A stretch of DNA of 64,000 nt from an uncultured bacterium (GTDB taxonomy: Bacteria > Acidobacteriota > Thermoanaerobaculia > Multivoradales > JAHZIX01), in assembly GCA_965368975.1 (NCBI GenBank), contig CBDUPA010000008.1:32001-96000 (forward strand). The letters run 5' to 3'. Of this stretch, positions 62,330-64,000 are shown piece by piece; the stretch's first letter is position 1, and each line of letters begins with the position of its first letter. The position numbers were made by a program, and so were the translations under genes. The notes beneath the pieces are model-generated. The model was not told where the DNA came from. It made no database searches and saw only the letters and a list, made by a program, of their open reading frames with translations.

Positions 62330-62359
62330 AGGCCTCGGGGCTTTGCTCCGAGGCTTTTT
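62330..62359 (+). terminator. Intrinsic terminator after slipin
   Basis: AGGCCTCGGGGC-TTT-GCTCCGAGGCTT followed by T-run. Confidence 0.8.
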
Positions 62360-62378
62360 CGTATGGGGAATTCTAAGC

Positions 62379-63251
62379 CTACAGCCGCCCCAAGAACTCT
62401 CCCCACAACTCCTGCAGCCGCTGTCCCGCGACGCGCCCGACCTCGACGACATCGGCATGGTCCAGCGGCTCTTCCCCGAGGCCGGCGGCGGCGTTGGTGA
62501 CCAGGGAGACGACGGCGCATTCGAGGCCCATGTGGTGGGCGGCGATGACTTCGAGCACGGTCGACATGCCGACCAGGTCCGCGCCGAGGGTGCGCAGCAT
62601 GCGAACTTCGGCGGGGGTCTCGTAGCAAGGGCCTAGGACGCTGGAGTAGACGCCTTCCTTGAGGCTGAAACCGAGGTCCAGGGCGCTGACGTGCAGACCT
62701 TGACGCAGCTCGACGTCATAGGCACAGCTCATGTCTGGGAACACCGGGCCCCAGGTGGCGGGCAGCTGGCCGACCAGCGGATTGCGGCCGCTGAGGTTCA
62801 GCTGATCGGTGACGGCGACCAGGTCGCCCGGGCGCAGTTCGGGGTTGACGCCACCGGCGGCGTTGCTCATCAGCAGGAACTTCGCACCCAGCAGGGCACC
62901 GAGGCGGACGCAGAAGCAGACTTCATGCGCACTGTAGCCTTGGTAGGCGTGCAGTCGACCGCCGAAGGAGACGACGTGTGTTTCCTTCTGACCCGTGCCG
63001 CCGACTTGGATCACGCGCACGTCGTGGTTGTGGCCGGGCAGGGAGTGGACGGGGAAGGGGAGCAGTTCCTGCAACTCGAGCGGCCCGGCGACGGTTTCAC
63101 CGATCTGGGCTCCCAGGCCGGAGCCAGCGACCAGAATAGCGCGTGGACGTGGCCAGCCGCGCTCGTCCCAGGCGCTGACGGCGGCGTCCAGTTCTTTCGC
63201 GAGGCAGTCTCGGTCGGGGCGATCCGGAGGGGGGATTGTGGGTGCGTTCAT
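62379..63251 (-). CDS. Purine nucleoside phosphorylase (trimeric PunA/XapA type)
   Basis: GSGLG, GRLH.Y.G, NAAGG, GP.YETPAE, VGMSTV.E, TNAAAG, H.DV. Confidence 0.93.
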   Translation of the reverse strand: MNAPTIPPPDRPDRDCLAKELDAAVSAWDERGWPRPRAILVAGSGLGAQIGETVAGPLELQELLPFPVHSLPGHNHDVRVIQVGGTGQKETHVVSFGGRLHAYQGYSAHEVCFCVRLGALLGAKFLLMSNAAGGVNPELRPGDLVAVTDQLNLSGRNPLVGQLPATWGPVFPDMSCAYDVELRQGLHVSALDLGFSLKEGVYSSVLGPCYETPAEVRMLRTLGADLVGMSTVLEVIAAHHMGLECAVVSLVTNAAAGLGEEPLDHADVVEVGRVAGQRLQELWGEFLGRL

Positions 63252-63297
63252 GGCGACGGATCGTATCAGGCCCGCCGGACTTCAGGCCCGCCGTCCT

Positions 63298-64000
63298 TCA
63301 GGAGCGACGGCGACCGGGCAGGCGGCGCAGCAAGGCGTTCTTGACGGCATGGGGAAGTGCCTTGAGGAGCGGTCGCAGGAGTTGTCTCTTGGGGTCGTGA
63401 ACCTCGATCCACTTGCGAGGGTGGACGCGCGCCAGAGCCTCCGGTCGTGCGTCCGTGTGAGCGGCGGCGAGTTTGGGGTAGCGGTCGAGTTGGTCGGCGT
63501 CGACGAACAGCAGTAGATTCTGCGCATAGTAGTAGTCGACGCGCGGGTCCCCCCACAACTCGTCACGCAGCGGGTCGACGACGGTAAAGCCGCGGGCAGC
63601 GAAGAGTTCTGCCCAATACGCCGGCCATTGCTCGTTGACATGGTGCGTGCCTCCCTGGTGTGGGATGGCGGCCGAGAAGGCGACGACCGGGGAGGCGGTG
63701 GTCAGAGTCTCGACTAGGCCCGGTGCCGCTTCGGCAGGTAGGTGCTCCGCGACCTCCAGGCACAGTGCCAGGTCGAAGGGCCGCCCTGGGCCTCGCGCCG
63801 AGCGCCAGTCCGACGAGTCGAGGCCGTGTTCGCGCAGCAACCGGTCGAGATCCAAGGGCTGGCGGCTCAGGTCACGTGCCACGAAGTCGTCGGACGGGAT
63901 CAGCAACCACGCTGGATCGACGTACTCGCCATCGACGCCCAGCGTGGTCTCGACCCCCAGTCGTCGCAGTTGAGCCAGCCAGGCACCGGAGCCGCAACCG
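63298..64000 (-). CDS. Class I SAM-dependent methyltransferase (5' truncated by window edge)
   Basis: Frame runs off the window; GCGSG.W motif I, GVDG, FDLALCLEVAEHL, FSAAIP.QGG.HHVNEQ. Confidence 0.88.
   Translation of the reverse strand, partial: GCGSGAWLAQLRRLGVETTLGVDGEYVDPAWLLIPSDDFVARDLSRQPLDLDRLLREHGLDSSDWRSARGPGRPFDLALCLEVAEHLPAEAAPGLVETLTTASPVVAFSAAIPHQGGTHHVNEQWPAYWAELFAARGFTVVDPLRDELWGDPRVDYYYAQNLLLFVDADQLDRYPKLAAAHTDARPEALARVHPRKWIEVHDPKRQLLRPLLKALPHAVKNALLRRLPGRRRS

Overview
GC-rich (roughly two-thirds G+C by eye) bacterial chromosomal window with about 47 CDSs. Gene content would fit Acidobacteriota (Thermoanaerobaculia-like), but this is an inference. Mostly housekeeping and accessory metabolism: a c-di-GMP enzyme and MCP, a transsulfuration pair, hemF, two USPs, nadABC with two NadQ-type boxes, a sigma54-driven chaperone-usher-like pilus operon, korAB, several peptidases and transporters, tRNA-Gly(CCC), imuA-imuB with a candidate direct-repeat operator, rnhA, ctaA, a bacilliredoxin and PNP. 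The most unusual region is 59.6-62.4 kb, an apparently self-contained transcription unit: sigma70 promoter, leader-peptide attenuator, rRNA-leader-like boxB/boxA, a ~100-nt rod RNA, a tRNA mimic with a broken anticodon loop, a ~330-nt nested RNA with two Ro60/Y-RNA-like bulged-C helices, a repeat-containing SPFH ('slipin') gene, then a terminator. It is a candidate translation-stress-induced ncRNA/SPFH ribonucleoprotein system. A divergent histone-fold-like protein (16991-17410) is also noted. All calls come from reading the sequence; no searches or folding programs were run.
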